Origin: the human T2T-CHM13v2.0 reference genome, Homo sapiens | Length of the DNA: 64,000 nt | Reading direction: 5' to 3' (one strand) | Assembly: GCF_009914755.1 (NCBI RefSeq) | Contig: NC_060926.1 | Shown: positions 35,371 to 49,265 of the stretch, in pieces | Layout: each line of letters starts with the position of its first letter | How positions within the stretch are numbered: position 1 is the first letter of the stretch | The notes under the pieces: generated by a model | What the model was told of the DNA's origin: nothing | Seen by the model: the letters and a program-made list of their open reading frames with translations, nothing else | Database searches by the model: none | Made by a program: the position numbers and the translations under genes

Positions 35371-36829
35371 CTTTCCAACCTGGTACAACTGAGTCTCATA
35401 GGCCAACCTGGGCTTTTGTTGGGATGTTGCCAAAATGACTAATGAACCAATGTGTTTAACTGTTACTTTAGTGAAACCACATCTCCTGATTCCCTGTGGT
35501 ACATTGCATTTTCTAGTAAAGATCAAATTGAACATGCTCTACTTGCTGAAGATTAATTGACAAGAGATGTTTTGATATCAATGGGAAAACCATGGAAAGT
35601 TGAAACGTTAAATCATAGCTTAGATCTATGAGTTTTTGGGTCATATAAAACTAGTTCTCCATTTTCTTTTGTTGACAGCATTTGGAGCCTTCAAGTCCTA
35701 TCTAAGCATTATCTAGACAATATCTGTTTTCCCACAACATAAATGATCTACTCCCACTCAGGGAAGATCAGCCTTTGTGTGTGTATGCTTACATTTTTCT
35801 AGTTCAAATAGGATTTTTCACAGGTATTCTTAAATGCATTTACTAAACCCAACAGCATGTTCTTTAAAACTTCTTTTGGACCTCAGTGTCTTCAAGGATT
35901 AATTTATTTCCTTCCTCTGATAAGAGATGTGTTTCAAGGGTTACAGGAGGCTCAGGATGAGTGTGCTTTTTATTACTATTGTTGTTCTTGTAGGTCTCTA
36001 GGTAGGGTTGTATTTTGTAAAATTTTCCAAGGTTAAATAACAAGAATTATATCTGAAATGTACAATGATTACAGGGATTAAATGGAAAAGGAGTGAGGCT
36101 GCAGGAACTAGATGGACAGGTTAAGTGCAAGGGTGGGTAAACCAGTCATAGTAATTCACACTCTACCACACCCTAGGTAAAGAAAGGAGGACCAGAAAAA
36201 ACAAAGGCCCACTCATGCTAAGGACCATGAAAAGGTGGACAAGGACAGTATAATATCTTTTGAGCTGGTCATGAGGTCTCATTGCTATGAAGAACTCATA
36301 CTGTTCCTTGCCATCTCTCGGTACTCTTGTAACCGAGATCCTCTTCGGTCATGCTATCTCAGCACTTTCTTGACATGAACCCTCTGTGGGCTTCTGGGCC
36401 TTTGTGTGTGTTATTTCTAGCTCCATTCCTAATATGCCCTTCTTTATTTTCTCTACCTGAGGGTCATAATCACCCTTTAGAATGGAATTTGAAGGTGATT
36501 GTCTTTGTGAAGCACCTAATCCCTATCTCTCCGGCACATTCACTATCAAGCATGGCCCACAGCAGGGCTCTCATCTGTTTCCTCACCTGTCTTGCCCACC
36601 ACCGTGTGAGAGCCCCGCCCATTGCAGACAGAGGTGCTAAACCACACACAGTAGGTTCTTTAAATGTTTCTCAGTTTCATTCTACTTCAAGTCAAGTAAT
36701 CCTGGTAGCATTCATGACTGTGGAAGACAAAATAACCCAGTTCCTGTATCCAAGAAGCAGATTCTAATTGACCAGCTGACACGTTCCAGTATGGAGAGCA
36801 TCTGACATAGAATGAAAATGAGCAATGGC

Positions 36830-37040
36830 ATAGCACTTTACAAGCCATAATCATGACCTGGTTTGATTCGCACAAGGTGTTAAGAATCACATAATACTAT
36901 TATTACTGCTTCACAAATTAGGAAACTGTCATACAAAGGAAGTAAGAGGCTTTTTCAAGGTGCCACAATTATTGGCCAATAGTCTTAATTAGGAATTCAA
37001 TTTTAACTATTCTACTCCAAATACTATGCACTTTCCTCAA
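36830..37040 (-). mobile_element. MIR SINE
   Basis: 'tagcactttacaa...ttcacaaattaggaaactg...tttttcaaggtgccacaatta...ggaattcaa'. Confidence 0.5.
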
Positions 37041-38465
37041 CACATGCCTTTGACCAAAATGAATGGTACAAATGACTTTCATAGGAGTCTCTGAAAGAAG
37101 GAGTGCTTGCTTTTGCCCATTGGTTAGAGAAGGCTTCTTGGAGAAGGTACTACTTGAGATGCCCCTGGAAGAAGAAAATAAATGTTTGATCAGTGAAGTA
37201 AAAGTGAAGACCATCCTGTAGAGGGAGGAAAGAGTGAACATGTGCATTTGTGGTATAAATTTCTGGCTGGGAATGATAGGTGCTTGTTGAAATTTTAACT
37301 CACCTAGAAGACAATAGGAGCATTAATGACTTTAGAGTAAGACAATACAAAGATGAATGTGATATACAGAAATGTCCCACTTTAGAGGTGATGTTAAGTG
37401 GATGAATTGTTGAAGTTCCTGAGGGTAAGGTAACCAGTTAGGAAATTTGCATACCTTCAGGTGTGCTATTGTCTCTGACAAACCCTGAATGTCTCCTATA
37501 GAGTGCACTGGCAATCATTTTATTTAGAGAAGCAGCCATTGTATTACATCCACATAAATCTTTGATATTTGACAAGAGATAATGATTCAGTAGAAAATGT
37601 GGTTTGGTCTGCTTGATAAATCACAACCAATAATGTTTGAGTGCCTACTGTATACCCAGCACCTACTCTATCCTTTAGCTGCGGAAGATGCCACACTAAG
37701 CAATACAAAATTGCCTGAATGCAGCTTCAATCCTACCATTGAATGTGCTCCCAATACAGATAGTAGGCACTTAGTGACAAAGAGACATTCTTTTTTGAGG
37801 GGAGATGGCAAGAAGGGCAAAAAAAGAGAGGCTGGTGTTGAAAAGCAAATGCCTCATTTTAGCAGTGTATGCCTCAGTGAACTGGGATGAAGCTATAAAT
37901 GGCTTTATTCTTGAAACAGCCTGAAGGAATTCAGTTGAATAGAAACATTTTTTTTTTCTTGTTCCTGTGGGCAGCTGGATGAAAAGTTTGAGGCTTTGTT
38001 GTTGTTGAGAACACTGGTCATTTTCATCAAATTATTTGGAATATTCTGGTCTCCCAAGGAAATGCCTAAGCAGGAAGCAGGTACTAGAGCAAAATTTTTT
38101 CTAAATTTAAAATAAACCCAGAGGGTTTTGTGCCAAATAATCACCAGCTGCTGTGAGATCAATGTGTGTAGAATTATTAACAGGAAGCAAATTACTAACT
38201 ACAACCTTTGGAGAAAATTTGTCTCAGGCAAGAACTTTCTTTGAAGGATTGCACCCAGCATGAAAACATTTAATTTCCCCACAGTCACTCCACAGGGACC
38301 CACCAAGGGTGCCATTGGCAATAAACAAGAAGATGCTGGCTGTAAAGCTTTGGAATTACTAACCTGAAATACAGAGAGGGAAGTTGCAGTGTAGAAAAAG
38401 TGAAGTTTATCAACAATACCTTTAAGCCTTTGTATAGGAATACTAGATTAAAACTTTTATAAGCA

Positions 38466-38826
<361 letters not shown>

Positions 38827-39050
38827 TTACTGTCATTTGTTGGATGATCCACACCATTACACTCATGCCGGGTTATTGCTACTAGAGACCCTGTGGACCA
38901 CCTAAATGATGTTTGTTTTTCATCCAGAGACATACTGGTCTGATGCTGGGCCCAAACTAGTTAGTGACCTAGTAAAGAACTAGAGTACAGATCTTCAGGG
39001 AAAGGTACATTGTTCACTCTATCTCATCAAAAAGGGTCTAAAAACCCTGA

Positions 39051-39374
<324 letters not shown>

Positions 39375-39575
39375 TCAATCAAACTTTAATTTATTAAAAA
39401 ATTAGACACTAAATCCACAAAAGCCTTACAGAAAAGCAGCTAGAGAGGTGGCTGAATATCCCAAGCCTCTTGTCTGATCTCATCCTGACTCTGTAGATCA
39501 CCAAGATTGTGTTCACAGAATCAGCTGGTAATAAATAAACAGCTGTTGAGGAAGTGGCAAAATACTCAGCCCTAA

Positions 39576-40053
<478 letters not shown>

Positions 40054-40068
40054 AAACTGCTTAATCTT

Positions 40069-40224
40069 TTTTTTTTTTTTTTTTTTTTGAGATGGAGTCT
40101 AGCTCTGTTGTCCAGGCTGGAGTGCAGTGGCGCTATCTCAGTTCACGGCAAGCTCTGCCTCCTGGGTTCATGCCGTTCTCCTGCCTCAGTCTCCCGAGCA
40201 GCTGGGACTACAGGCACCCGCCAC
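40069..40224 (-). mobile_element. 5'-truncated AluY (right arm)
   Basis: Y diagnostics 'gcaagctc', 'gggttcatgcc.ttctcc', 'gggactacagg'; TSD actgcttaatctt at 40056-40068 and 40223-40235. Confidence 0.9.
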
Positions 40225-40379
40225 TGCTTAATCTTAAGCAAAGGACTCAATCTTTGAGTTATATTGTTCTAACTGGGGAAACAATACCTTGAGAGAACAC
40301 ACATTCTCCATAAAGAGACTGATCCATACACACAAAATTACAAATTCAAACACCAAATTCAATATTAGAGCTGTATTTA

Positions 40380-40900
40380 AGATACTATGATAGTGTTGGT
40401 GATGGCTGTACAAAGGAGAATGTCATAGAATTGAAGGGATCTGGGCAGAGTTTGAGGAATGGGTAAGGCTTTACAGGAGGACTGGCAAAGATTTGTCCTC
40501 CAGGCAGAGGACACTTCATCAGCAAATTGAGATAAGAAAGGAAGGCGGCAACCCAAGCACAGTGAGAAGATGAACATGAGGGCCAACGTTCTGGGGAGAT
40601 GAGGGAGAGCAATCTACTGGCAACAGATCATGGTTGCAGATCAGGTGGCAGATCATGGTTGACGTTTTCTATGCAATGGATTTTGGCTTTAGGCTGTATT
40701 TCATAGGGCAATTTTAATAAGGCACAAACAAATTTGGATTCCATAAGGCTGACACTGGCAGCAATGTGGACAATGGCTTTGACAAAGGAATAGGAGGGGT
40801 GGGGCAAATAGGTAGATGCTGTTGGTGTCTTCTAAGGTGGGTATGAAGTTCAGCAGTAAAGGATAGCAGTCCAGATAGGCTAGGGGATACCACGGGTACA
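40380..40900 (-). mobile_element. L2 remnant
   Basis: 'ggattttggctttaggctg...aaatttggattccataaggctgacactggcagcaatgtggacaatgg'. Confidence 0.5.
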
Positions 40901-42573
40901 AAGTAACCACAGATTCCAGGGTCGTAAAACACCACTGGCTTATTCCTTTCTACTACTCGATGTTCCTCTCAGGTCAGCTGATAGTGCTGCTGTATTCTCA
41001 GGCCTCCAGGCCAACCTCTACATGTCATTTGTTGGCAGCCATGTTAGAGAAAATGAAGAAAAGCCATATGGCCACACGTGACCTTGGTATTGGGATAAGC
41101 AATCCCTCAATAAGAATGAAACCTGGATATTCGTGAAGAGTGGTAGAGTGATGGCGGTAACCAGTAAGATGGTGACTTTGAGGAGACAAGCTTTCCATTA
41201 CTGTATGGGCAACCACACACAGAGTCAAGGATCTTATCTACCTGGACTATATTTAATTTTTCTTTTCTTTTTTTTTTGGTAAGTCTTATAAAACTACAGG
41301 GTCATGGGTGCAGGTTCGAACATGTAGATGTTAAAAACAAGTAAGTAAAATAAAAAGGTTGTTTCTCTCCTTTTATTTATCAATGTTTTAGTTTTATTAC
41401 AATAAAGAGGAAAAACTGGCCATCCGTCCTGACTGTCTGTATGAAACAGGGATTTCACACCCATTCTGCTAGTGGCAGGGATTTTTTTTTCCCCACACAT
41501 CTATTGATGCCAGATAAGTTTGGCCTCTGTCCCTGGATTTGGTTTTGTACTTTTCTGGCTATTTGACAAAGTCTGTAGTTGAAAAAGATCTGGAGACCGA
41601 GATCACAGAGTGACTTTTCTGATTTCTGTGCAAGTGTGTTTTAAGAGCTCATCCAAGGAGAGATTAAACCCGTGTAGACTGTGAAAGAAGATGTTTCTCA
41701 GAAGGTTGATGTCATTTTGCCTTGTCCATGAGATAGATGGAGGCAGCATTTTTTTTTCATATTTTTCTAATTAAGAATAAGTACAGGATGATGAGTTGAG
41801 TTATAATCAAATCCTCTGAATCCAGTTCCGCTAAGACACACCAAGGCCAGCAGGTGAAGGAGTACTGGTTACCACCTGTGTGTTTTTCACTTGCATGTTC
41901 AGAAGAATTGTTGTTGTCATTCTTGACCAGCAGTTATAATCATCTGTGGGGTTCACTATTAGGCTATTTTTTTTTCGCAAATACAGTGCACCTATCTAAT
42001 CTTAAAATTGGGGTAAGTAAGCAAAGGATAGTATTACTTTATACCAAATGGGGATGGGACTTGAGAATCAGGGAGACTGGGGTTGAAGTGTCATGATTTA
42101 GAATCAGAATTGGTGACTAGGCTGTGCTGAGTTCAAGACAAACAGCAAAACGTGGGCCAGACTTTCAGATAGAGCCCAAGTAAGTATCACCTTGGAGACA
42201 AAGTAGAGATAAAGGACGCTGAAGTTTCCATTAGGCAATTGTCAGTTCCCATCTCATAAAGCCTGGCTGTAAAGTGAGTAAGGAATCTGAAGTGGACACC
42301 ACTAACTCTGTGGCTGGCCTTCAGGGAGTAGACTTCTACATTTCAAATCAAAGGAGATATTCTTCATATTTTAAAATGTGTTTCAACATGTCATTATGTT
42401 CAAAAAAGGAACTTTCCTCTTTGAAACCAGTAAAATAATTTTGAGAAAGAATTGTTATTTTATAAAAACACATTTTTAATTATTTAGAATTTGAGGACCG
42501 CTAAGAATATTTTCGCAGATCCCTGAGTTTCCCAGATGCCATATTAAGGTGGACAAGTTCAGCAAATAGGTTT

Positions 42574-42765
42574 TGTGGTGGTTAGTTTCATGTGTTAGCT
42601 TGGCTAGGCTAGTTATGTATTCATAGACTAAGAGTTTCCGTGAAGGTATTTTGAAGATGTGTTTAACACCTACAATCAGTTGACTTTAGGGAAAAGAAAT
42701 TACCCATGATTATGTAGGTGAGCTTCACCCAGTCATTGGGAAACTCTGAAGAGCACAAACTGAGG
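42574..42765 (+). mobile_element. MLT2D-like LTR, 5' part
   Basis: 'tgtggtggttagtttcatgtgttagcttggctaggcta...gtgaaggtatttt...tacaatcagttgactttag...aagagcacaaactgagg'. Confidence 0.75.
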
Positions 42766-42980
42766 AGTGATGTTGCCACGAGCCAAGGGACATCAGCAGC
42801 CCCCAGGAGCCAGCAAAGGCAAGCAGAGCTTCTTCATTGGAAACTTCAGAGGGAGAGAGGCACTGCTGGCATCTTGATTTCGGGCTTCTGGTTTGCAGAA
42901 ATGTGAGAGAATACATTTCTGTTGTATTAGGCCACCAAGTTTGCAGCAATTTGTTATGGCAACCCTAGCAAACTAACACA
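42766..42980 (+). mobile_element. MLT1B/C-like LTR, 3' part
   Basis: 'agtgatgttgccacgagccaaggga...gtgagagaatacatttctgttg...tttgttatggcaaccctagcaaactaacaca'. Confidence 0.8.
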
Positions 42981-43529
42981 TTATTCTCTGACAGTTATGA
43001 ATTGGATAGGGAGTGATGCTATATGCACTCCTGATAGGGAATATATAGGTATTTTGTTCTAATATTGAAGAATGATTTTGAGCTAGTCTTGGATGACCCA
43101 GAAGAACAGCACGAACAGGATGAAGTATTAGTCCCCCACATTAAATGCTACTTAACATGCAGTACATAAAATAATAAGAGGTATGTTTGTGCATCCCCAG
43201 GGCTGGGGGTAAGGATTCCTTTGAAGAAAATAGATATTTCCAATATCTGACATTCAAGGACGCTGTAAATTCAAGGCAAAAAATAATGGCATGGCCAGTA
43301 AAGACAGATTTCTTTCCCTGAATACCGGACTCTTTTGGATTTTGAGGCCCCTGGCGGTTGTTGGGGACTTGGCACTGCATAAATGGAAATAGGTTGTGAA
43401 ATGGATAAATGTTTAGCCTGTTAAGGATTTAATGTGATTGTTTAAGTCTTACTTAATAATCATCGTAAATATTTATGTTGTACCTCACTATTTTTAAGAC
43501 TTCATTAAAATTTTGGTAAAAGAGAGATC

Positions 43530-46060
43530 TCCAGGTCTGGCTAAAATGGAGTAACGGAGACCAGATTTACCTTGCCACTTAAAACTATCATAAAAACCAG
43601 GAAGCCTATGTGAAGGAACTATTTCTAGGACATTAAATATCAGGTGGTAAGTGCAGGAATTCCTGAGAGATGGAAAACAAGTTAAGCAAGCCCCGTGATT
43701 TCCCTAGCTTAATGTCTTGAGGGAATTTCCAGGCCATGGTGCATAGTGCAGAATCTGGCAAAATCCCTGAGATAAGAATATGGAGCTGAGAGCCCAGGTA
43801 CAGTGAGGCAGCAAGAATTGGAAGGACAGAATACCAAAGAAGAAAGAGCTACATACAGGAAAACTTCAGAAATCTGCAGAGGGTCCTCCTTGAATATTGC
43901 TTAGAGAATTCAATGCATGTGAAGGAAGTACCTGAGGCTAAGGAAAGAATCACCTGAGAGTATTAGAGAGAATATTGCCCCATTTACCACAGTGCTAAGA
44001 ACAGTGGCTTTTCCTACCTGCCAGACTGGAAATTCTCATAATTCATGAGATACTGGGTATAATGCTCAGAATGGTGGTATCTCAATAGTGGGGAATAATT
44101 AACTTGAGATTAAATACGGCTCTGGTACACTCTAACAAATCTTAAAATCAAGACTTCAAAATATCAAACTGTTTTCAAGTAATTTAACAGCATCTCAGGG
44201 GGAAAATCCTCAAGAATATTTATAGGAAAGAAAATATATCTAGCCACTAATGAGGTAAAATCACAATGATTAGCATCAAATAAAAAATTACCAGGCACTC
44301 AAGCAGGAAAGCAGAAAGATAAATCAACAAATCAAAAATGATCCAGAATTGACTCAGATGCTAGAATTAGAAAAAGAGGGCATTAAAATAGTTATAATTA
44401 TTTTTCATAATTTCATTTATAGTGGAATAAAATATATGAAAAAATATAAATATAACTTCTCCAGATGAAAGCTACATTATCTGAGATGAAAAATACACTA
44501 AATGAAATTAACAGTAGTTTATGCATTATAGAAGGAAAGACTAGTGAGGTTGGTGATGTAAAAACAGAGATGAATAAAAATAAATTGCAGAGAGGAAACA
44601 AAAATGAAAAGAGCATCAGTGAGCTGAAGGACAACTTCAGGTGGTCCAATATACATGTAATTACATTTTCCAAAGGAAAAGGGAAATGGAAGGGTGGGTA
44701 TTTGAACCAATAAAAGGAGTTTTATTTTCAATATTTTTGCAAAGCTGAACTATAGATCACTGTATGCAAGAAGTTTAATGTAGCATAAGTACAAGATAGA
44801 TGAAGAAAACTACATCAAAGTCCATTGCAATTAAATTTCCAAAAACTAGTAATAAAGAGAAAATGTTAAAAAGAAGCCAGAATAATAAAACACATGCTAC
44901 ATACATAGAAACACAAGATAGGGATGCCAGCACACTTCTCATCAGAAAGAATACAAGAAAAAAAAAAAAAAGAGTGGAGCATCATTTTCAAAGCATTGAA
45001 TAAAAACACCTGTCAATCCAGAATTATATACACAATGAAAATATCTTTCAAAAGGGAAGGTAAAGTAAGAAAATTTTTACACATACAAAAGTTGACAGAA
45101 TCTATCACCAAAAGACCTGTATTATTTCCTTCTTCAGGCATAAAGAAAATAACACTGGATGAAATATGCACCTACTTAAAGGAATAAGGGGCACTTGGAA
45201 TTGTAACTACATGGGTAAAGAATATAAGGTTGTTTTCTTATTATTTAAATATATTTAAAATGTTCCTGACTGTTTAAATGAAAGTATGAATATATTATAG
45301 AATTTATAACATACATGAGTAAAATGTACAACAAGAAAAACGGAGGTTTGGAAGGGATACTGTACAAGTTATGATTCTATGGCTTGTGTACTATACTAAA
45401 AGTAGTATAAATCACCTAAAGGTAGACTGTGATGTGTAAAAGATATATATTATAAATCCTAAAGCAACCACTAAATAACTAAACTAAAAGTCATGGCAAA
45501 AAGGAAATTATTTAAAATTTAATCAAAATAATGCAGAAGAAGAGGAACAAAGAGCAGATGAACCAAATAGAAAACAAATAGCAAAATAATAAACCAAATG
45601 GTAGCAAAAATCCCAATAAGTGTAAATGGTCTAAACAACCTAATTAAAAGACAGAGATTGTCAGATTGAATTGAAAAGCAAGATTTAGGTATATACTGCA
45701 GCACTTCTAGTACCTCAATACACTTGAATATAAAGATACAAGTAGATTAAAATGACAAGATTAGAAACAGTTATAAAAGAAAGCTGGAGTGACTATATTA
45801 TCATTCAAATTATATTTCAGAGAGGAAATACATATTACCAGAAATAAAGAATATTTTTTCAGAACAATAAAGGAGTGAATTTATCAATAGGTATAATAGT
45901 TATAATGGTTCACTTACCTAACAAAAAGCTTCAAAAAATGTATGCAAAAGCTGAAAGAATTGCAAGAAGAAATAGACTAATTAGCAATCATTGTTGGAGA
46001 TTTCAATTCTTCCTCTTTTAAAAGCTGAGAGAAGTAGATGTGAAATCAGCAAGAATATAT
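43530..46060 (+). mobile_element. Ancient L1M (ME/M4-type) 5'UTR, ORF1 and start of ORF2
   Basis: ORF1p-like fragments (SEMKNTLNEINSSL, ISELKDNFRWSNIHVI, CQSRIIYTMKISFKREG); 'gtaaatggtctaaacaacctaattaaaagacagagattgtcagattg' is the endonuclease start. Confidence 0.82.
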
Positions 46061-47140
46061 TCATCTTCCAAATTATCTGATTTTATGGACAAAATCATGT
46101 GGATATTAGGACTTTATAGATTAACTAGTGTTTTCTTTAACTGTGGAGGCTTTGTCTTGTACCAGAACAATTTTTTTCCCCTGACTCCAACAAAGAGCAT
46201 TTATGGAGGGAGAATGCAAAGAGAACATATTTGTATCCAACCTTCCCAGGAGCATGTGAGGTTCACTGGCACATGAAGTAGCCCAGGGGTTTCATTCTGT
46301 CCTCATACAAAAAACCTGTTGCTAATTAAAGATTTAAGAAATACAGCTGGATAAGTAACATTAGCCCAGATGGCATTTCAGGAAACCTCTGGTGAGGCTT
46401 GAGGCAGACAGTAATTCTGCATGATTTATCACCCAGGTGGCGGTGTGGGGTGATTGGCTCAGTATACTTCAGGTGGAAAAAGACATTCAAGAATAGGACA
46501 CTCAAGGTCAAGTAGGGCTTATAAACCCCATGAAATCATTCAGGAGCAAAATAACCTTTAGATCTAACTCCTTTTGTCTGTGTCATGGTGTGTTTGTTCA
46601 GTTTAGTAATTAAGAAATAGGGACTCCTATTCATTAAGTGTCATGTAGATTTTTATAGAATTTTTACCTCTTTATATTATAATCAAATAAATTAAATGCA
46701 TGCTTTAAGTTTTACTGTGTAAAATTCACCATGTTAGATTTGTAGGAGATGCATTGGTGAAATATTTCCCAGAATATGTTCCACAGAACTCTTAATTTTA
46801 TAGTGAATGATGGGTAATGTGTTAAGGAAAAAAAAGGGGAGTTTGTAGCTCAGGAAGTTCTGTATAAAGGTCACTTAGGGTTTGATTTTTTTAAATTAAA
46901 ATTGTAGAACTACCAGAACTTGTAATAATTTAGGGAATAAAATGACTGTCTATCCAAGTCTGGATGGATTGATTTTGACATGAGAATTTCATAATACATT
47001 TCTGGGATTCTTCCCTCTTGATAGAGGGACAAATATAATAGATGACTTCCTTTAACTTCTGGTCAATGAGTGGAAGCTTCATCTTGGCTGATGCTGTGGT
47101 TTAGAGAGTCCCTTATTGTGAACAGCTCAACAAAAATCAG

Positions 47141-47557
47141 TGTCTTAGTCCATTTTGTATTGTAATAAAGGAATACCCGAGGCTGGTTAGTTTATAAAGA
47201 AAAAGAGGTTTATTTGGCATACAGTTTTGCACACTGTACAAGGAGTGTGGAGCCAGCATCTGGTTCTGGTGAACACCTCAGGAAGGTACTGATCATGGTG
47301 GAAGGCGAAGCAGAGCCAGCATGTCACATGGTAAGAGAGGATACGTGAGAGAGGAGGGAGGTGCCAGGCTCTTCCACAATCAGTTCTTCCTTGAACTAAT
47401 AGAGTGTGAAGTCGCTCGTTACCACAAGGACAATACCAAGATGTTCATGAGGGATCTATTCCTATGATCCAAATACGTTCCACTAGGCCCCACCTCCAAC
47501 ATTGGGAATCAAAGTTAAACATGAGATTTGGAGGGGATAAATATCCAAACTATAGCA
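47141..47557 (-). mobile_element. MSTB1/MSTC-like solo LTR
   Basis: 'tgtcttagtccatttt...ggccccacctccaacattggga...catgagatttggagggga...atccaaactatagca'; TSD atcag/atgag. Confidence 0.88.
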
Positions 47558-48119
47558 ATGAGTTTACAGTAATGTGACCTAAAGCTTTGGCAATTTGAGT
47601 AATCTTCCTTGGTAAAAACATTTATAAATAATAATACATTTTTAGAACATTAGAGATTTAGGTCTCAGTCTTTTTCAGAGCTATCTTTGGGCAATTGACC
47701 AAGTATGCTTACATAGAAATACTCTCTCACTGCAAATCGTCCTGTCCTCCACCCCACACACATACATACCTGAGAATATTCCCGGCAACTCTGAGTACTA
47801 ATGGGGTGGAAGGAGGCAAGAAATTGAAGGACCCTCAGATTTCAGTTGCTTCAGGCTAAATACGTTTTAGTTGATGCCTCTGATCTCACACTGCTCCCTA
47901 GGGGAGGACCCTAATTCCCATGTCATTAATAAAAGCAACACAGTTAAGTTTCTAATATGAAAAGATAAAGTTTTAAAATTACTGAAAATATCTTTAAATT
48001 TGTAACAGTTGACAAGATGTCCTTCATTTGAAATAAATCATAACCTATTCTATTATAGTCTTATGAATTTCCTAGAAAAACATAGAAGCATATGTATAGT
48101 TGAAAAATTGGTAACCCTC

Positions 48120-48548
48120 TGATATGGTTTGGATCTATGTCCCCACCCAAATGTCCTGAATTGTAATTCCTATTGTTGGAGCTGGGTCCTGGCAGGAGGA
48201 GATCGGATCATGGGGACAGATTTCTCATGAATGGTGTAGCATCATCCCCCTGGTGCTGTCCTTGGATAGTGAGTGATTTCTTACCAGATCTGGTTGTTTA
48301 AAAGTGTGCGGCACCCCTCTCCTCATTCTGTCCCTCTCTTTCTTGCTCCTGCTTTTGCTGTGTAATGTGCCTGCCCCAACTTTGCCTTTGACCATGAGTA
48401 ACAGCTTCCTGAGGCCTCCCCAGAAGCTGAGCAATGTTGGTGCCATGCTTGTACAGCCTGCAGAACTGTGAGTCAATTAAACTTCTTTTCTTATTGATTA
48501 CCCAGTCAAAGGTATTTCTTTTTAGTAACGCAAAAATGGTCTAATACA
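48120..48548 (+). mobile_element. MSTB-like solo LTR
   Basis: TGATATGGTTTGGATC...CTAATACA; perfect TSD CCCTC at 48115-48119 and 48549-48553. Confidence 0.92.
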
Positions 48549-49004
48549 CCCTCTAATCAGGCCAACTGGTTGTCTGGAAATGGCCTATGTCTCTCCTGCC
48601 ATGGTGGGGGCTATCGAATTTTGGATTTAAATTCACAAAAAAAAGCAATGTGTATTTCCCCTTTGCACAATGTTTAGCATAGTGCTAGACTAAATAAGTG
48701 TTAAAAATATTGCAGAAGAGGCTGCTTTTTATCCAAGAATATATCAAACACATGGTATAGAGTTACAGAATAAATGAAGTGCTAATAATTTAGTTATATT
48801 TAGCTGAAATCGATTTGATGTTAACTGACTAAAATCTAATTGTCTCTAAAGGAAGTCAATGAGAATAATTAAGGAAGACTCTGGGTGTTGAATTTCAGAC
48901 TACAGTGGAGATTAGAAAAAAAAAATAAAAAAACGAAACCCATGCCTTAGATGACAAACAAATGATAACTCCCTCTAAGTATTGGGGCAAGTAGGAGTGG
49001 ACAT

Positions 49005-49265
49005 CCAAGGGAGTGTAACTGGGAAAGACAAAATAAAATTATGCAAAGGAAAATTGAGCAAACGAAAATTAAAGCAATCTTAACAGTGAGGGCTATGAAA
49101 CCGTTGAAAATTCTCCCAAGGGAAGTGATGGAAACCTCCTTGCTTGAGTCATTTCAAAGTCGACAAAACAACGAAAAATACATGGAGGGAGGGATCCTGT
49201 AGTGTTGGGGAGCAGACTCGATGATTTCATAGTTCTTTTCTGTCTCTGATTTCCATGTTCTGTGA
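49005..49265 (+). mobile_element. Ancient CR1/L3-clade LINE 3' end
   Basis: 'taacagtgag...tctcccaagggaagtgatggaaacctccttgcttgagtcattt...atcctgt...gactcgatga...cttttctgtctctgatttccatgttct' follows the amniote CR1 terminal motif order. Confidence 0.7.
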
